From Oculina patagonica (Eukaryota), in NCBI RefSeq assembly GCF_052425735.1, contig NC_135763.1, positions 33,666,001 through 33,730,000 of the forward strand: a stretch of DNA of 64,000 nt, in the 5' to 3' direction. The notes under the pieces are model-generated. The model had not been told where the DNA came from. It did no database searches and saw only the letters and a program-made list of their open reading frames with translations. Position numbers and translations under genes: made by a program. Positions 23,838-36,296 of this stretch are shown here, one piece after another; position 1 is the first letter of the stretch; each line of letters opens with the position of its first letter.

Positions 23838-26207
23838 GGTGGCTCGACCCAGTTTTCTTCTAGCGATACCTAACAACTTTGAAACCCTGATACTTAAAGG
23901 GATTGATGTCAATGACAAAACTACAACATCACATGCATTACACATAGACTGAACTTCAATATGATATAAATTTTTGGGCGATCACAATGAATATCACGTG
24001 GCAATGACGTCACACAGGGTTTTGCTCTCAATCGATTTTTAGGCGGTAACCGCATTTTCTATCGAGATCCTCCACGCTACGTATACTTTGGGTGTTCATC
24101 TCAGTGGAGTTTCATCGAAATCTACAAGAGGAATTTTGAAATATCTTGGAATTTCTTTTTAGATGGTATAATTTATGCGTAAAATAAAGCCAAGACTTCA
24201 TATAACGAAATTTGCTTCTTTTTTTATGTTTAATGAGAGGATTTAGCCCCCATTCCTTTTAGAAATGTCCTATATACTACATCCAAACCTTTAGAAGAAA
24301 GAAGACTTGCGCGATTTCGAAATATATGAAATATATGAATCATAGTGAAGCTCAATGATTACCTCTATTTACAAATTTTCCGCCTACTTTCGCAAAAAAG
24401 CGATTATTTCAAAAACCCGTCGATGAATTTTTTCCAAATTTTTTCAGGGTGACGAATAATCAGTACACCACACAATCCCAAAATTTCATGCTCATTAAAA
24501 ATATCTAAGGTTGTCTAAACTAAAAGCAAAATTGAGTAAACATTGAAGCGATGTCGAAGTTTTGAATAATTTTGTGCTCTGGGATTTCCTATTGTTTCGA
24601 TTTAAACACAACATCGAATTCCTGTGCACCACGCGTGTAATGACTACGCTTGGCTACCCTCCGAAAGCTTTTCGAAATAGTTCGGAATATGGTAATATTC
24701 TCATCGAGTTCAAGTAAACAATAACGGATGAATGAATACATTTCCAACTGAAGAAAGCAGTCACACAACACCAAACTCAAAGCCGGTTATTTTTATGCCT
24801 CCTCAGTCATTTAAAAAAGTAAAACGGACAGAAAATAGACTTCACGTATTATAAGCAAGCTGAATCTGGCGTCCAGTATTTATTAGAAAAGATTGTTTAC
24901 TTGTTGCATTTCTAAGTTCAACTGAAAGAAGTGGCAGCACTTCAATACGAGAAAAAACCTAATCTTCTTGTTCTTGGCATTTTTAACTTTTATCTCAGCC
25001 AAGACGTCGACCCAACAAGAAAAGCTAATGCGTGACAATTTCTTTTCCATTGTTCCATATTTCGGAAAGATTTCGGAAAGCTTTCGGAAGGTAGCCAAGC
25101 GTAGTCATTTCACGCGTGGTGCACAGGAATTCGATGTTGTGCTTAACTCGAAACAAAAGGAAATCCCAGAGCACAAAATTATCTCAAACTTCGACATCGC
25201 TTCAATGTCTACTCAATTTTGCGTTTAGTTAAGACAACCTTAGACATTTTCAATGAGCATGAAATTTAGGGATTGTGTGGTGTACTGATTATTTTTCACC
25301 CTGAAAAATTTTGGAAAAAATTTATCGACGGGTTTTTGAAATAATCGCTTTTTTGCAAAAGTAGCCGTAAAAATGGTAAATAGAGCTAAACATTGAGCTC
25401 TACTCCGATTTAGATAATATCATATATTTCGAAATCGCGCAAGTCTACTTTCTTCTAAAGGTTTGGATGTAGCATATGGGACATTTCTAAAAGGAATGGG
25501 GGCTAAATCCTCTCATTAAACATAAAAAAGAAGCAAATTTCTTTATATAAAGTCTTGGCTTTATTTTACGCATAAATTATACCATCTAAAAAGAAATTCC
25601 AAGATATTTCAAAATTCCTCTTGTAGATTTCGATGAAACTCCACTGAGATGTAGGCAAACACCTAAGGTATACGTAGCGTGGAGGATCTCGAGAGAAAAT
25701 GCGGTTACCGCCTAAAAATCGATTCAGAGCAAAACCCTCTGTGACGTCATTGCCACGTGATATTTATTCTGATCGCCAAAAAATTTATATCATATTGAAG
25801 TTCAGTCTATGTGTAATGCATGTGATGTAGTAGTTTTGTCATTGACATCAATCCCTTTATTGCGCTTTTCAGTGAAATGCGAACTCTGAAATACAATCCT
25901 CAACCAACGGTTTACGCTGTTCGCTGCCGTCAATCATCTTTGCGGACCTCTCGGGAAACAGACGCTCACTTCACCTGGGTCAAAAGGTCACGTCTCTCGA
26001 TTGTGATTGGTAGATTTCGATCCATTTTGTTTGTTTCTGTTTTTCATGGTTCGCTAGCTGTCGCCATAATTATGATTGACGGCAGCGAAAAACGCAATCG
26101 TTAGTTGGATTTTGAATTTCAGAGTTCGCATTTCACTGAAAACCGCAATAAGTATCAGGGTTTCAAAGTTGTTAGGTATCGCTAGAAAAAAACTGGGTCG
26201 AGCCACC
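23838..26207. mobile_element. Foldback non-autonomous TTAA transposon (Kolobok-like) with ~850-bp inverted arms
   Basis: TTAA|GGTGGCTCGACCCAGTTTT ... AAAACTGGGTCGAGCCACC|TTAA; arm 23838-~24690 matches ~25055-26207 in reverse complement. Confidence 0.88.
25860..26148. mobile_element. TA-TSD MITE nested in the right arm of the foldback element
   Basis: TIR TTGCG(C/G)TTTTCAGTGAAATGCGAACTCTGAAAT; the left arm shows the empty site; a diverged relative lies at ~19120-19412. Confidence 0.85.
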
Positions 26208-26270
26208 TTAATGTCTGCCTTCATTTTATTAACACAAATAAAAAAGAGCAATCATGTCCATGTGAAATCT

Positions 26271-26771
26271 GGCATATACTAAAACCCGAAACAACGAAAC
26301 GAAACCACCGAAACGAAACGACCGAAACCACCGAAACGAGCGAAACGAAACCGCCGAAACAACCGAAACTGCCGAAACGAGCGAAACGAAACGAAATCAC
26401 CGAAACAAGCAAAACTTCAAGATTTTCGCCACTTACCGTACTATACACCCCGTTTAGCCTACTATACACTCTGATTAGCCTACTATAAACCCCGGTTAGC
26501 CTACTATACACTCCTGTTAGCCTACTACACACTCCGGTTAGCCAACGTTTCACTTAGGTTAGCCTACTATGCACTCCGGTTAGCCTGTTTACGGTTAGCT
26601 CTCAATAATTGTAATGGGTTTTGCTTGTTTCGGTGATTTCGTCTCGTTTCGCTCGTTTCGGCCGTTTCGGTTGTTTCGGCGGTTTCGTTTCGGTCGTTTC
26701 GGTGGTTTCGCTCGTTTCGGTCGTTTCGTTTCGGTGGTTTCGTTTCGTTGTTTCGGGTTTTAGTACATGCC
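26271..26771. mobile_element. MULE-like non-autonomous element with GAAAC-rich TIRs and internal 21-bp tandem repeats
   Basis: 9-bp TSD GTGAAATCT at 26262-26270 and 26772-26780; ends GGCAT...ATGCC; ~145-bp TIRs; internal GTTAGCCTACTATACACTCCG-like units. Confidence 0.85.
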
Positions 26772-27496
26772 GTGAAATCTTTATCCTATTCAAGTCTATC
26801 ACGTTGTTAAAAAAGTTCGCCACTGAACTTTCCGAGTTACACATGGCATCACTCAAGGTGAAATGGACCATGTTTAACACTCATACGAAGAAGAGAGCTC
26901 TTAGCAAAGTAGATTAGCTTTATATCCTAGCAGTAATATAGATAAATGTCGAAGTTCATTTGTTATTTACTGATCAATAAAATTAAAAAATATCGTCACG
27001 GTCTTATATCTTCTTGTTTCCTACCTTGTTCCGGCGGTGAAAAGCTGTATGAAATATTTCTGTTTTCCCAGTGCAGGAGATGCCTCTAAAGCTAGTCTTG
27101 TTAGGCGTTTCTCTGCGGTGTTGCTTAGTCAAGACTCAACTAAAATTGAATCGTGAATGATTTTATGATATATATTTGATTTTCATTATCGATGCTAACT
27201 CCAGTTTCCCGGAAAGGAGCGATTCCGAGAAATCGACAGGAATCAGCAGGTAGAAGTGTTCATTGACGAGGAGAACTGGGACCTAGTATCGTCTTGTTTT
27301 GGCAGCCATCTTGAATCATAAACCATAAACGTTTCATTAAACTTTATTGAGATATTTAGAGCGAAATGCAGTTTAGATATTTAATTTCCAGAGCTTTATT
27401 TCAGTAGCCCTTACAGATTTCAAAATTTCTTTTGTTCGTCTTATGTCAACAACAATAATTAACCACGAACACATAGGGTGGTCTGCCTGTGGGTAC

Positions 27497-28083
27497 TAGG
27501 GCTTTCCACAAGTTGCTCGGCAACTTTTTGGCAACTTTTCATGATTCGAGCAACTTTTTCCCCTTCGAGCAACTTTTTTCCTCTCGAGCAACTTGTTGAA
27601 TTTTGAGCAATTTCCAGACCGAACATCTCCGAACATTATCCGAGGGTTGTTTAAAAGCAATACGAACGTTTCCGAAGATTTACGAAGTTTGCCGAAGACT
27701 TTCGAGGACCATCTGAAGACATTTCAACTTTCGGCTGCAAAACTCTACAGCAAAAATGACGTCATTGATATCTTCACTATATTTCTCAATTAAAGAAATC
27801 ATTGTTATTTAACAAATTTTCCCCTTAATATGTTATTTAGATACTTCTTTTGTTGTAAAACTTCATAAAACTGCTTAGAAATCTAAGTCTCAAAGGGAAA
27901 TTAGCATATATTTAGAGAAATTCTCTTGCTTAGAAGCAGCGTTCTGGATTTTTTGGAGCAACTTTCGAGCAACTTTTATTATCAGAAGCAACTTTTTGGA
28001 TTTTTGGAGCAACTTTTGAGCAACTTTTTGAGAAATTACGGGCAACTTTTTTGGAAATCTCGAGCAACTTGTGGAAAGCCCTA
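27497..28083. mobile_element. hAT-type MITE
   Basis: TIR TAGGGCTTTCCACAAGTTGCTC; 8-bp TSD GTGGGTAC; subterminal GAGCAACTTT repeats. Confidence 0.88.
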
Positions 28084-28265
28084 GTGGGTACTGTAATGGC
28101 TGTAAAATCATTGCGACGAACGGTGATGTGAAGTTAATTGATAAAACAAGATACAGAGGTTGTTAGTAGGATTTTCTTTGGGGTGTCCGCTTACAGGAGC
28201 TTAAAAACAAATAAAAAGTCTAATTCGTAATCTCTGAAAGTGTCCGCGGCCACTTACGGGAATGT

Positions 28266-28679
28266 TATACCTGCCAACTCTCACGCCTTGGGCGTGAGTC
28301 TCACGCCTGCGAGTTGAAAACTTCGATCTCACGCCAACTCACGCTTACGAACCAATTTCTCACGCCTAGTCGAAAAATGTGAGTTATTACAACCACAAAC
28401 GACATACTTTCCAATAAAATGTAAACTCAAACCAATGTGAGAAACGAAAACTCCATGTAAAATGAGTAAATGGCGATACTTTCCCCGAAATCGCACAGCT
28501 TTGACAAAAAATCATTGGGAACGAGGTCGTGTTTAGCAAAACACGTCCACGCACTGGGATCGGGATATGTTCAGAACGTCTTCGGAATACTTTGGACGTC
28601 TTCGGAAAACTTCGAATATTGTCGTATCGTCTTCGGAAATTCTGGAACTCTCGGGACCCAGAAAAAATTGGCAGGTATA
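28266..28679. mobile_element. MITE nested in another repeat
   Basis: TIR TATACCTGCCAA / TTGGCAGGTATA flanked by duplicated GAATGT, interrupting a GTGTCCGCTTAC-family repeat. Confidence 0.65.
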
Positions 28680-30737
28680 GAATGTCCGCTTACGAAAATG
28701 TAAAAATACAGAGTTTGTATGGGAGTTAAAACGGGGTTTCAAACAAGGCGGCCGTAAGTAGAGCTGTCCGCTTACAAGAGTGTCCGTTGGGAGAGCTTCG
28801 ACTGTAATAGGCCTTATCACGGTTTTCGACGCCATCTTGACGAGTGTTATTTGCGGAAAAAAGCTGACACAAATGTACGAAAAATAAAAAACGTAACTGA
28901 ACGCTTTCTAGCCAAGATACATCCTTCCAACTTGGCAAATAAAAACTTTTGCCTAGTATCTTAACTTAAAATATTTGCCGTTTGCCTCGTCGTCAATATG
29001 AGTGGCGTCGAAAACCGTTATATCGGTGACGTCAGCTTCTGCAGAAAACGAGCCATTGGTTGGTTAAACAATTAGCCTAATAGCTCCTTTTGTTTGACTG
29101 GTTAGCAATTTAAATAACAAAAATAATGTTTGTAAACAGATATCTTTTAAATATCACTGTTACTGAAGGAGACTCGGTTGATTTTTCGCTTCTCCTCGAT
29201 TTAGAAGGGTAACAGGACGATTTCGCTAGGACAACGAAGGCTTTAGACTGAGAAGATCATCAATACAGATGTATAAAAGTTAGAAGACGACCGACTGAAA
29301 CAAGGTACGTGGCTTCTATATGGTCGTAGACGTTCGTACTGCGGGAACGAAGGCAGAATTGCAGTGAAAACAATTCGATGAATCGTCTGCTTGTTGGATC
29401 GCAGTTCACGATCGCAGAAAAAAAATATCCATACTTGAATATATTCCGAGTGAAATCGCCAGCGATGAAATGGAAACTGAACTACCGGCTACGATATTCC
29501 TTCAGTTTGTGGCAACATTAGTTTTCGTAGACAGTGCTCGCAGCTGCTTTAAACCTAAAGCTTGACATGTGTTTAATTTACGCTAATGTCAGTCTATGCG
29601 AATCCTGGAGCAAAGATACTTTAACAGCGACAGTCTTTCTATACATGCAAATAAACGATCCTGCTAGCGCTGAAATCTTTTGTGAGTGTAATATCAAATA
29701 TATTTGATGCAAATGAGGCAAAACAAAGCTGTCTGCATGGACTCTCTAGTCTGTCAGTTTATATCACTGTTTATGTGTTTTTGACTTCTTTATAATTATA
29801 TCGGTTTCGGCGAAATTTTGGCTTCTATTCCTTGGCTCGACCGTTTTGCTTTTGTGGCTAGGAAAATAAAGATTTATTGATTTTTTAAAGTTTGATAAAC
29901 CTCACTGCTATGCGGCCCACATGCTGATTTTAGCCTTGTCTTTGTTTAATATTTATTATGTGTCGAATCACGCATTCTTGTTTGATCTCCTTGACCACTC
30001 GCTTGGTCCGGGGAGCATGAGCAGTGACAAACATCTTGCCAAACTGGCAACATGGTAGCCTAGTGACGATTTGCATTGCCAAGACATTGCGCTTCACTTC
30101 TTTAGGGACCAGTCACTATTTATGTAAAGGGGGGAGGGAAAAAAAGGGGGACCAAGGGGGGGATAAGGTTTTCATAACGAATTAATAAGGGAGGTCATTT
30201 TTCAGTTTCGGTTTTGCAAGAGGCAGCCAGGTGGTAGCCTGCGCCATGTACAGACGAACCTAAACCACACATTCGCCAGGTATATAATAATTTGTTGCAT
30301 TGGCTAGTCTTACCTATGTATGCAACTGCAATTCAAGTGGAGGATTAAATATTGAAATATTGAATTAAGAAGAGGGGGCATTGTTCCCCTTCCAAGGAGG
30401 GGGTCCTGGTAGAAATTGTTATCTTTCAATATATGGGGGTATGCCGATGTTGTCTAAATCCCCTCATCTGCCAGGGCAGCAGTGACATGTGCTTCGACGC
30501 ACTGATTGCTGTGAATGCACGCGCATACACCTATAAGGTTTGTGAGTAATGAGACTCCAACTAGACCAGAGCGCGGTTAAATCGCTGTTATCTTACTCAA
30601 CTGTCGTATCCTCCTAACCCTCCAGGACTTTTATCTGGAGCAGTTTCAACCCGTACTGAGTGGTCTTAACTTGATATAACTGAAAATACAGTGAAAATAC
30701 TGGAACCTGTATTGCAATCGGTACAAGACATTGATGA

Positions 30738-30998
30738 AATGAAATGGTTTTTAAGCCGATCTGTTTTTTGTAACATAACTTTACTGTTTACCTTAAGTAG
30801 ACGTTTGTTGGTGCTCGCGCTACCGATCCGTGCGCTTGTGACGTTCGCTCGTGCTTATGTGCCTTTGATCAACGTCACAAGCGCATGGATTGGAAGCGCG
30901 AGCATCAACGTGCTTCTACTTGACCCTGAGGTGAACCGAAAAGTCACCGAAAATTTAGGTTATAAAAACAGATCGGCTTTAAAACCATTTCATTTCAA
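30738..30998. repeat. ~260-bp palindromic (hairpin MITE-like) element
   Basis: GAAATGAAATGGTTTTTAAGCCGATCTGTTTTT ... AAAAACAGATCGGCTTTAAAACCATTTCATTTC, with inner arms ATCCGTGCGCTTGTGACGTT / AACGTCACAAGCGCATGGAT. Confidence 0.7.
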
Positions 30999-31193
30999 AA
31001 ATGCATGGTCTAAACTTGTTCATTGACTAACAGATATAACAAATATCTGTTATGTAACAGATACATATATATATATATTTCTCTGAGGAAATACTTTCCC
31101 TGCCTTTACAATTTACTGAGTGTTGACTGATCGGTTTTTTTTTTCAGAGTCTAGAGGAAAGAGATCAGGAGCAGAAGAAAACACTCCCTGACC

Positions 31194-31648
31194 ATGGACC
31201 AAGTACTCACCGACACAGAACTGATTAGTTACATGAATAATTGGGAAAAAGAAGAAAAAAAGGCTTTGGTTCAAACAGCTGACCAGGTTGAAGAACGAGG
31301 TCAATGCGATTTGCAGCCAACCAGAGAACACAAGGTGAGCAAAGAAGCACTCATTATCATGCTAGGAATCAATGTTTCACGTTGTCATAGAAACAAGGAG
31401 TGTGTCTCACATTAACCCAAAACCGGGTATCCACTTATCGTCTTTACAATCCAATCGCAGTCTTCGAAATTCTGTCTGGAGCGTATCGTCCTGCTCGTGA
31501 TCATGACCAACATTCCACATTTCAGCTGGAACTCTAACATTGGCGTCGCGTTCAAACTCCAAGTTACGTTCGTGTTTCAAATCAGGCAACGAGCCAAGCG
31601 TCGAGACTGAGTAGTGATAACTACACTAACCTCTTTATCGACCTATCG

Positions 31649-31683
<35 letters not shown>

Positions 31684-33358
31684 TATCTCTTCTTTCCTCG
31701 TGGAGAATGGGGCCATTTGTCTTTATCCTCCAAGCTATCCTGTCTCTGACTACAACCTCTGCCTCCCCATATGTCCTAAATCCAAGTATTTCCTTTCTTT
31801 ATGTGTTGTTCTTCGCCACGTCTTTCTCGGCCGTCCTCTTCTACGCTTGCCATCGGTGTGCCATGTTAATGCAATCTTGGGATTTTTCTCTAATGACATT
31901 CTTGAATCATACGCCTTGATCTTACTTGCTCATCAATAGCCCTCTTCCCAGATCTTCTCTAATCTCTTCATTACTGACACCAATTAACGTCTAACAAACT
32001 TCTTACAAAGTCCGTAGTCCCTATCAACAACAAAGACGAAGTGTATTGTGCACAGAGGGTCACCTTTACGAGATAGTGCTTTCACGATACCTAGTGCTTT
32101 TGCGAACCGTTTAAGTTGCCTTTGCAGAGCATGAGCAAGCCATTGTCCACAAAGGTCCCCCAATTGACAAGCACCTAGGAGCAACACGCATTGAACCCAG
32201 AGAACCATAGCCTTACCCCTTAATCCCTACCGAAAGTGTGACAGAAAAACTAAACTGAACAATCAAACACAATTTTAACAGAGACAGTCTAACGAACCTT
32301 GATTTTACATTTTGCAGAGTATGTGTTCCACGTCAGCAGAACCGAACCAAAGCCTTCCGCCAGTGTATGCAGTTTTGGACGTTGAAACCACAGGGAAAGA
32401 CAGACAAAAAGGCCGCATCATTCAAATAGGCGTTGTTAAAGTTGAAAATAATGTTGTCACACCATGGATGGCGTATTGCAATCCTTGCAAACCAGTAGAG
32501 GAACAAATGAGCGCTTACAAAGTGCACAAGATATCACCGGAGTTTCTTCAAGGGAAGCCGACATTTGCCGACGTGGCACCGAAACTGTGCAAGTTTTTGG
32601 AAAACGTTGAGTATGTTGCTTGCTATAACTGTACGTTTGACTGGAGTTTATTGATGGCTGAGTTTGAGAGGCTGCAAGGTAATGAAGGCAACAAAGCACT
32701 CATGAGAAAGATAAAGTGGATTGACCTTTTTAGATTTGCGATCAAGTCGTTGCCCGATCTTGAAGATCATAAGTTGTCGACCTTACTAGATAAGTTCTCG
32801 ATACGAATCAAAAAGGGTCAAAGCCTTCTTCATCTTTATCAGTCTTATTTTACGACAGGGGATCAAGAAGACTTTCAAGTGCATTCGGTGTTCGAACAGG
32901 GAGAGAAAGTAAACTGGGACGAGGGACATCATGATGCTGTGTGTGATTCCCTTGCCGCGCATGCACTCCTGAAGAAACTGCTGGAGAAACACAGTTATTC
33001 CAACATCACCGATCTTGTCAATCACTTCCCGCAGTGTATAATTGACACAAAATTGTTTCTCGCTTTGGAAGTGAAATTGAAAGAGAAGAAAACTTCCAAC
33101 AAAGATCTGACGCCTTTTGCTGCACGAGCAGAGAAATTTTATTGTACGATGCCTTCACTAAGAGGGAGGACGCTCGAAGAACTGTCAGTGGAAACTATAG
33201 AAAAAGCACTGATGATTTGGGGGCAGGATGATGAGAGAGTTCGTCTTATATACAGAGCAGCCGTATTGAACAAGGTTAATAATTCACACAAACGTAGAGC
33301 CAATTCACTTTGCAGACTTTGCTCGAGTGTCAGTCCTAAAGAGCCAAAAACAAAATGA
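31194..33358 (+). CDS. DEDDh 3'-5' exonuclease, DnaQ/Pol III epsilon-like
   Basis: Coding exons 31194-31334 (47 codons, phase 0; in-frame TAG upstream) and 32318-33358. ExoI LDVETTG, RIIQIG, VHKIS..FL.GKPTF, ExoII YNCTFD, ExoIII HDAVCD. AATAAA at ~33463; probable 5'UTR exon ending at 29304 (AAG|GTACGT). Confidence 0.88.
31649..31980 (-). mobile_element. 3' fragment of an RTE-clade non-LTR retrotransposon with (ATG)n tail
   Basis: Minus strand reads PKIALTWHTDGKRRRGRPRKTWRRT, the typical C-terminus of RTE-like ORF2, followed by a microsatellite tail at 31649-31682. Confidence 0.75.
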
Positions 33359-35272
33359 GATCTTGCTTTTGGATACGACTATATCTTTCGAAAGTCAGAC
33401 ATTTCAGACATATTATGTCGTTCAATATATATTTTAGATGTATTATGGCATGGTAAAACCCAATAAAGGAGTACTGAAACGTGTTTTAATTACCTGAAAA
33501 ATATACATGTTTGTTTAATACACGATCAACTTAATGCAGGATAAACGTCAGTGAACTTTCATTTTAATTTTGGAACTTTTTAGTAGGGTTTCCTTTAAAA
33601 ATTGTTTCTCAAGTTCAGTTATGCCCTTGACAAATTTCTAGCTCCACAAAAAAATAAGCTGTGGACACCCATGTTTTGCAACTTAATCCGAGTCGTTCTT
33701 CGAAACTGGAAGCGGTTTAGCATTGTAACATGTTCTTCAATCCTCCTTCCGTTTCCCGTTCAGCGGTCCAGTCCAAAGTTCCAAACTGTCTCGTTTGTCA
33801 AAATGGATTTGTTAACTACCGATTTAAAACGAGAAATGGATAAATGTGATCCAAAACGCGAGTCTTGACCATGTTAATTATCGAAGATTAGGCTTAACTG
33901 AATCTTTTCTCTGTATCCTGTTTCAAGGAACTTGATTTTCTGGGAAACCGTCATGACCCGATTTGAGCTCAGCAATTTCCGTCAATAAAACAAAAGAAAG
34001 CTACAAAATATTGATACCGACGCTGTATTCCTAGGGCTTTTCCCTAGTTGAATTGAAGGGAAAAGTCCAGTAATATAGGGGCAGTTTGTATTTTATGAGA
34101 ACTTTTTCTTGGAATTTGACTTTCTAGGATTCTGATTTTCTTGGAAAACTTCACCAACGGTAAGCTATAAATTTACATCATAAGGATTGACATATATTTC
34201 AACTGGAGGAATCAATATTCAGTATTTTCTTTACCCAACGCATATGGTCAGTTATTCTGGGAATTCTGACAGTTCAAAGGTCATGTTCAAGGAAAAGCGT
34301 GACAATCTTTCTCCTAAGGAGGAGTGGGTAAGGCATGTGTCCTGGTACTTGCAATCTTAATTCGATAAAATATACTGTCAGAAATGGAAAAAGAGTTTAA
34401 AATAGTTTTTATTTTAATTTTTTTTGTCTTGTAATGACCGAATATAATTAACATAAATGTTTATGTTTGTTCAGCAGGTAGTATGCTGAATATACCACCC
34501 AGTTGATATAGGTATTTAAAACATCTCGAGGCTAATAACTTTGTTTGTTTTCCTTTTCAAATCTCGCGTGTGACTCGTGGGTATGAAGCGTGACGCGCGT
34601 GCTAGTCACCAGACTTCCCACGCAAGAAAAACTGGTACGAGCCACCTTAAAACTACCATACACAAAAAATTAATCGCAAATGGCAAAGGATATGACCGCG
34701 AAGTATTCAAAAATTCTGGACCAAGATAGATACCTTTAGATCCGAGTTACGGAGTACGGGCACGAGATTCGACCGAAAGTTTGTGGTAAAATGCTAAAAC
34801 AAGATTTATTCCACAAAGCTCTTGGCCTTTTTTGTGAGCAACATAACTGGCGTGGTTTAGTTGAATGGGCGGGATTTCTCTTGACCATAAAAGCATCAAG
34901 TTGTCAATCCAACTTGCGAGATGACTTTTCGGCGCCACTACTCTTTTTTCTACTCTTTTTTCTACTCAAAAGCTTGAAGTAAAATGAACACGGCTACAAC
35001 GTTTTACCTGCGTAAATGACACAGTTCACTGGCACACGCAGCGGCTTGGGTAAATCTCGTACTTGTGCTAGGATCTAAAAGGTCTCTATTATTTGACTCT
35101 ATGTCTACATCCGTGCCTTAATTAAATAACAATAAATCGCTCTGACAAAATCTAGGAACTCTAGCGATGATTTGAAACTGATCGGCTTAAAGCTATGCCA
35201 AACGATACCATCTCACATTCTTGGGTAACAATTTACAAAAGCTAAGGTTAGGAAATTTTTTAGACACCATTA

Positions 35273-36280
35273 CAGCTGTTACCGATCACACGCGCCCTCC
35301 AACGACATTTTTCTCCTGTTCGAAAAATGAGTTTTGATGGACGTCAATCATCCGTTTCCACGACAATGATCGCTTCTTCGCGCCAGTTTCAATTCGCTGG
35401 TCCATCGCCAAACACATCGATGAGACGACGCAAAGCCTTACACGTAACTTTTGTTTACAGTTATGAACGAGTTTTGAGCAGTTATGACTTCGAAAGACTG
35501 AACGGACCGAACGTAGCGAAATAAACTTACTGGCCGGTTTACGGCCGGCTCAAATATTTTCCGAAAGGCGGCTTGGAATGTCGAAGACGAAAGCTGAATT
35601 TCTATTGCGGCCGGGAATTACAGCCAGATTAACTTGTAAAATATATTCTTCCAATGACGGCCAGGAAAGTGAAACGGACTCGAGGTAAGTGCATATCTAC
35701 CGAATTACGGCCGGGAATTTTGAAGACTGAACTGACTCAACGAAAATATATTTACCGAATCACGGCCTGGAATGAAGACAAAACGGACTCGACACAAATT
35801 TATTGACCGAATTGACACGGCCTGAAACTGTGAAGACGAAACGGTTTTTTCTGCCGAATTTCTAAAAGTTATGTCTGGGTATTTTGAAGACTAAATCGAC
35901 CAAACTCAAATGACACTGAAATGAGGATGGCTCGGAATTGAATTGAGTACGATCATTGTTCAAAACTCCCGGCCGCAAATATTCGGTAAATTAACCAAGC
36001 TTTCGTCTTCTACATTCCAAGCCGTCTTTCGGAAATATTTGAGCCGGCCGTACTCCGGCCAGTAAGTTTATTTCGCTACGTTCGGTCCGTTCAGTCTTTC
36101 GAAGTCATAACTGCTCATAACTCGTTCATCACTGTAAACAAAAGTTACATGCTATAAGCAAGGCTTTGCGTCGTCTCGTCGATGTGTTTGGCGATGGAAA
36201 CGGATGATTGACGTCCACCAAAACTCATTTTTCAAACAAGAAAAATGTCGTTGGAGGGCGCGTGTGATCGGAAACAGCTG
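35273..36280. mobile_element. TA-flanked foldback element with ~300-bp inverted arms
   Basis: TA|CAGCTGTTACCGATCACACGCGCCCTCCAACGACATTTTT ... AAAAATGTCGTTGGAGGGCGCGTGTGATCGGAAACAGCTG|TA. Confidence 0.85.
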
Positions 36281-36296
36281 TAAAAGAACGTTACAG

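Noticed and set aside
31614-31919. Poly-His ORF
   Set aside because: It is the translation of the (CAT)n tail and antisense strand of an RTE LINE fragment.
32312-33358. Bacterial contamination as source of the DnaQ-like ORF
   Set aside because: It has an in-frame spliced upstream exon, a polyA signal, host-like flanks with animal TEs, and a local duplicate.
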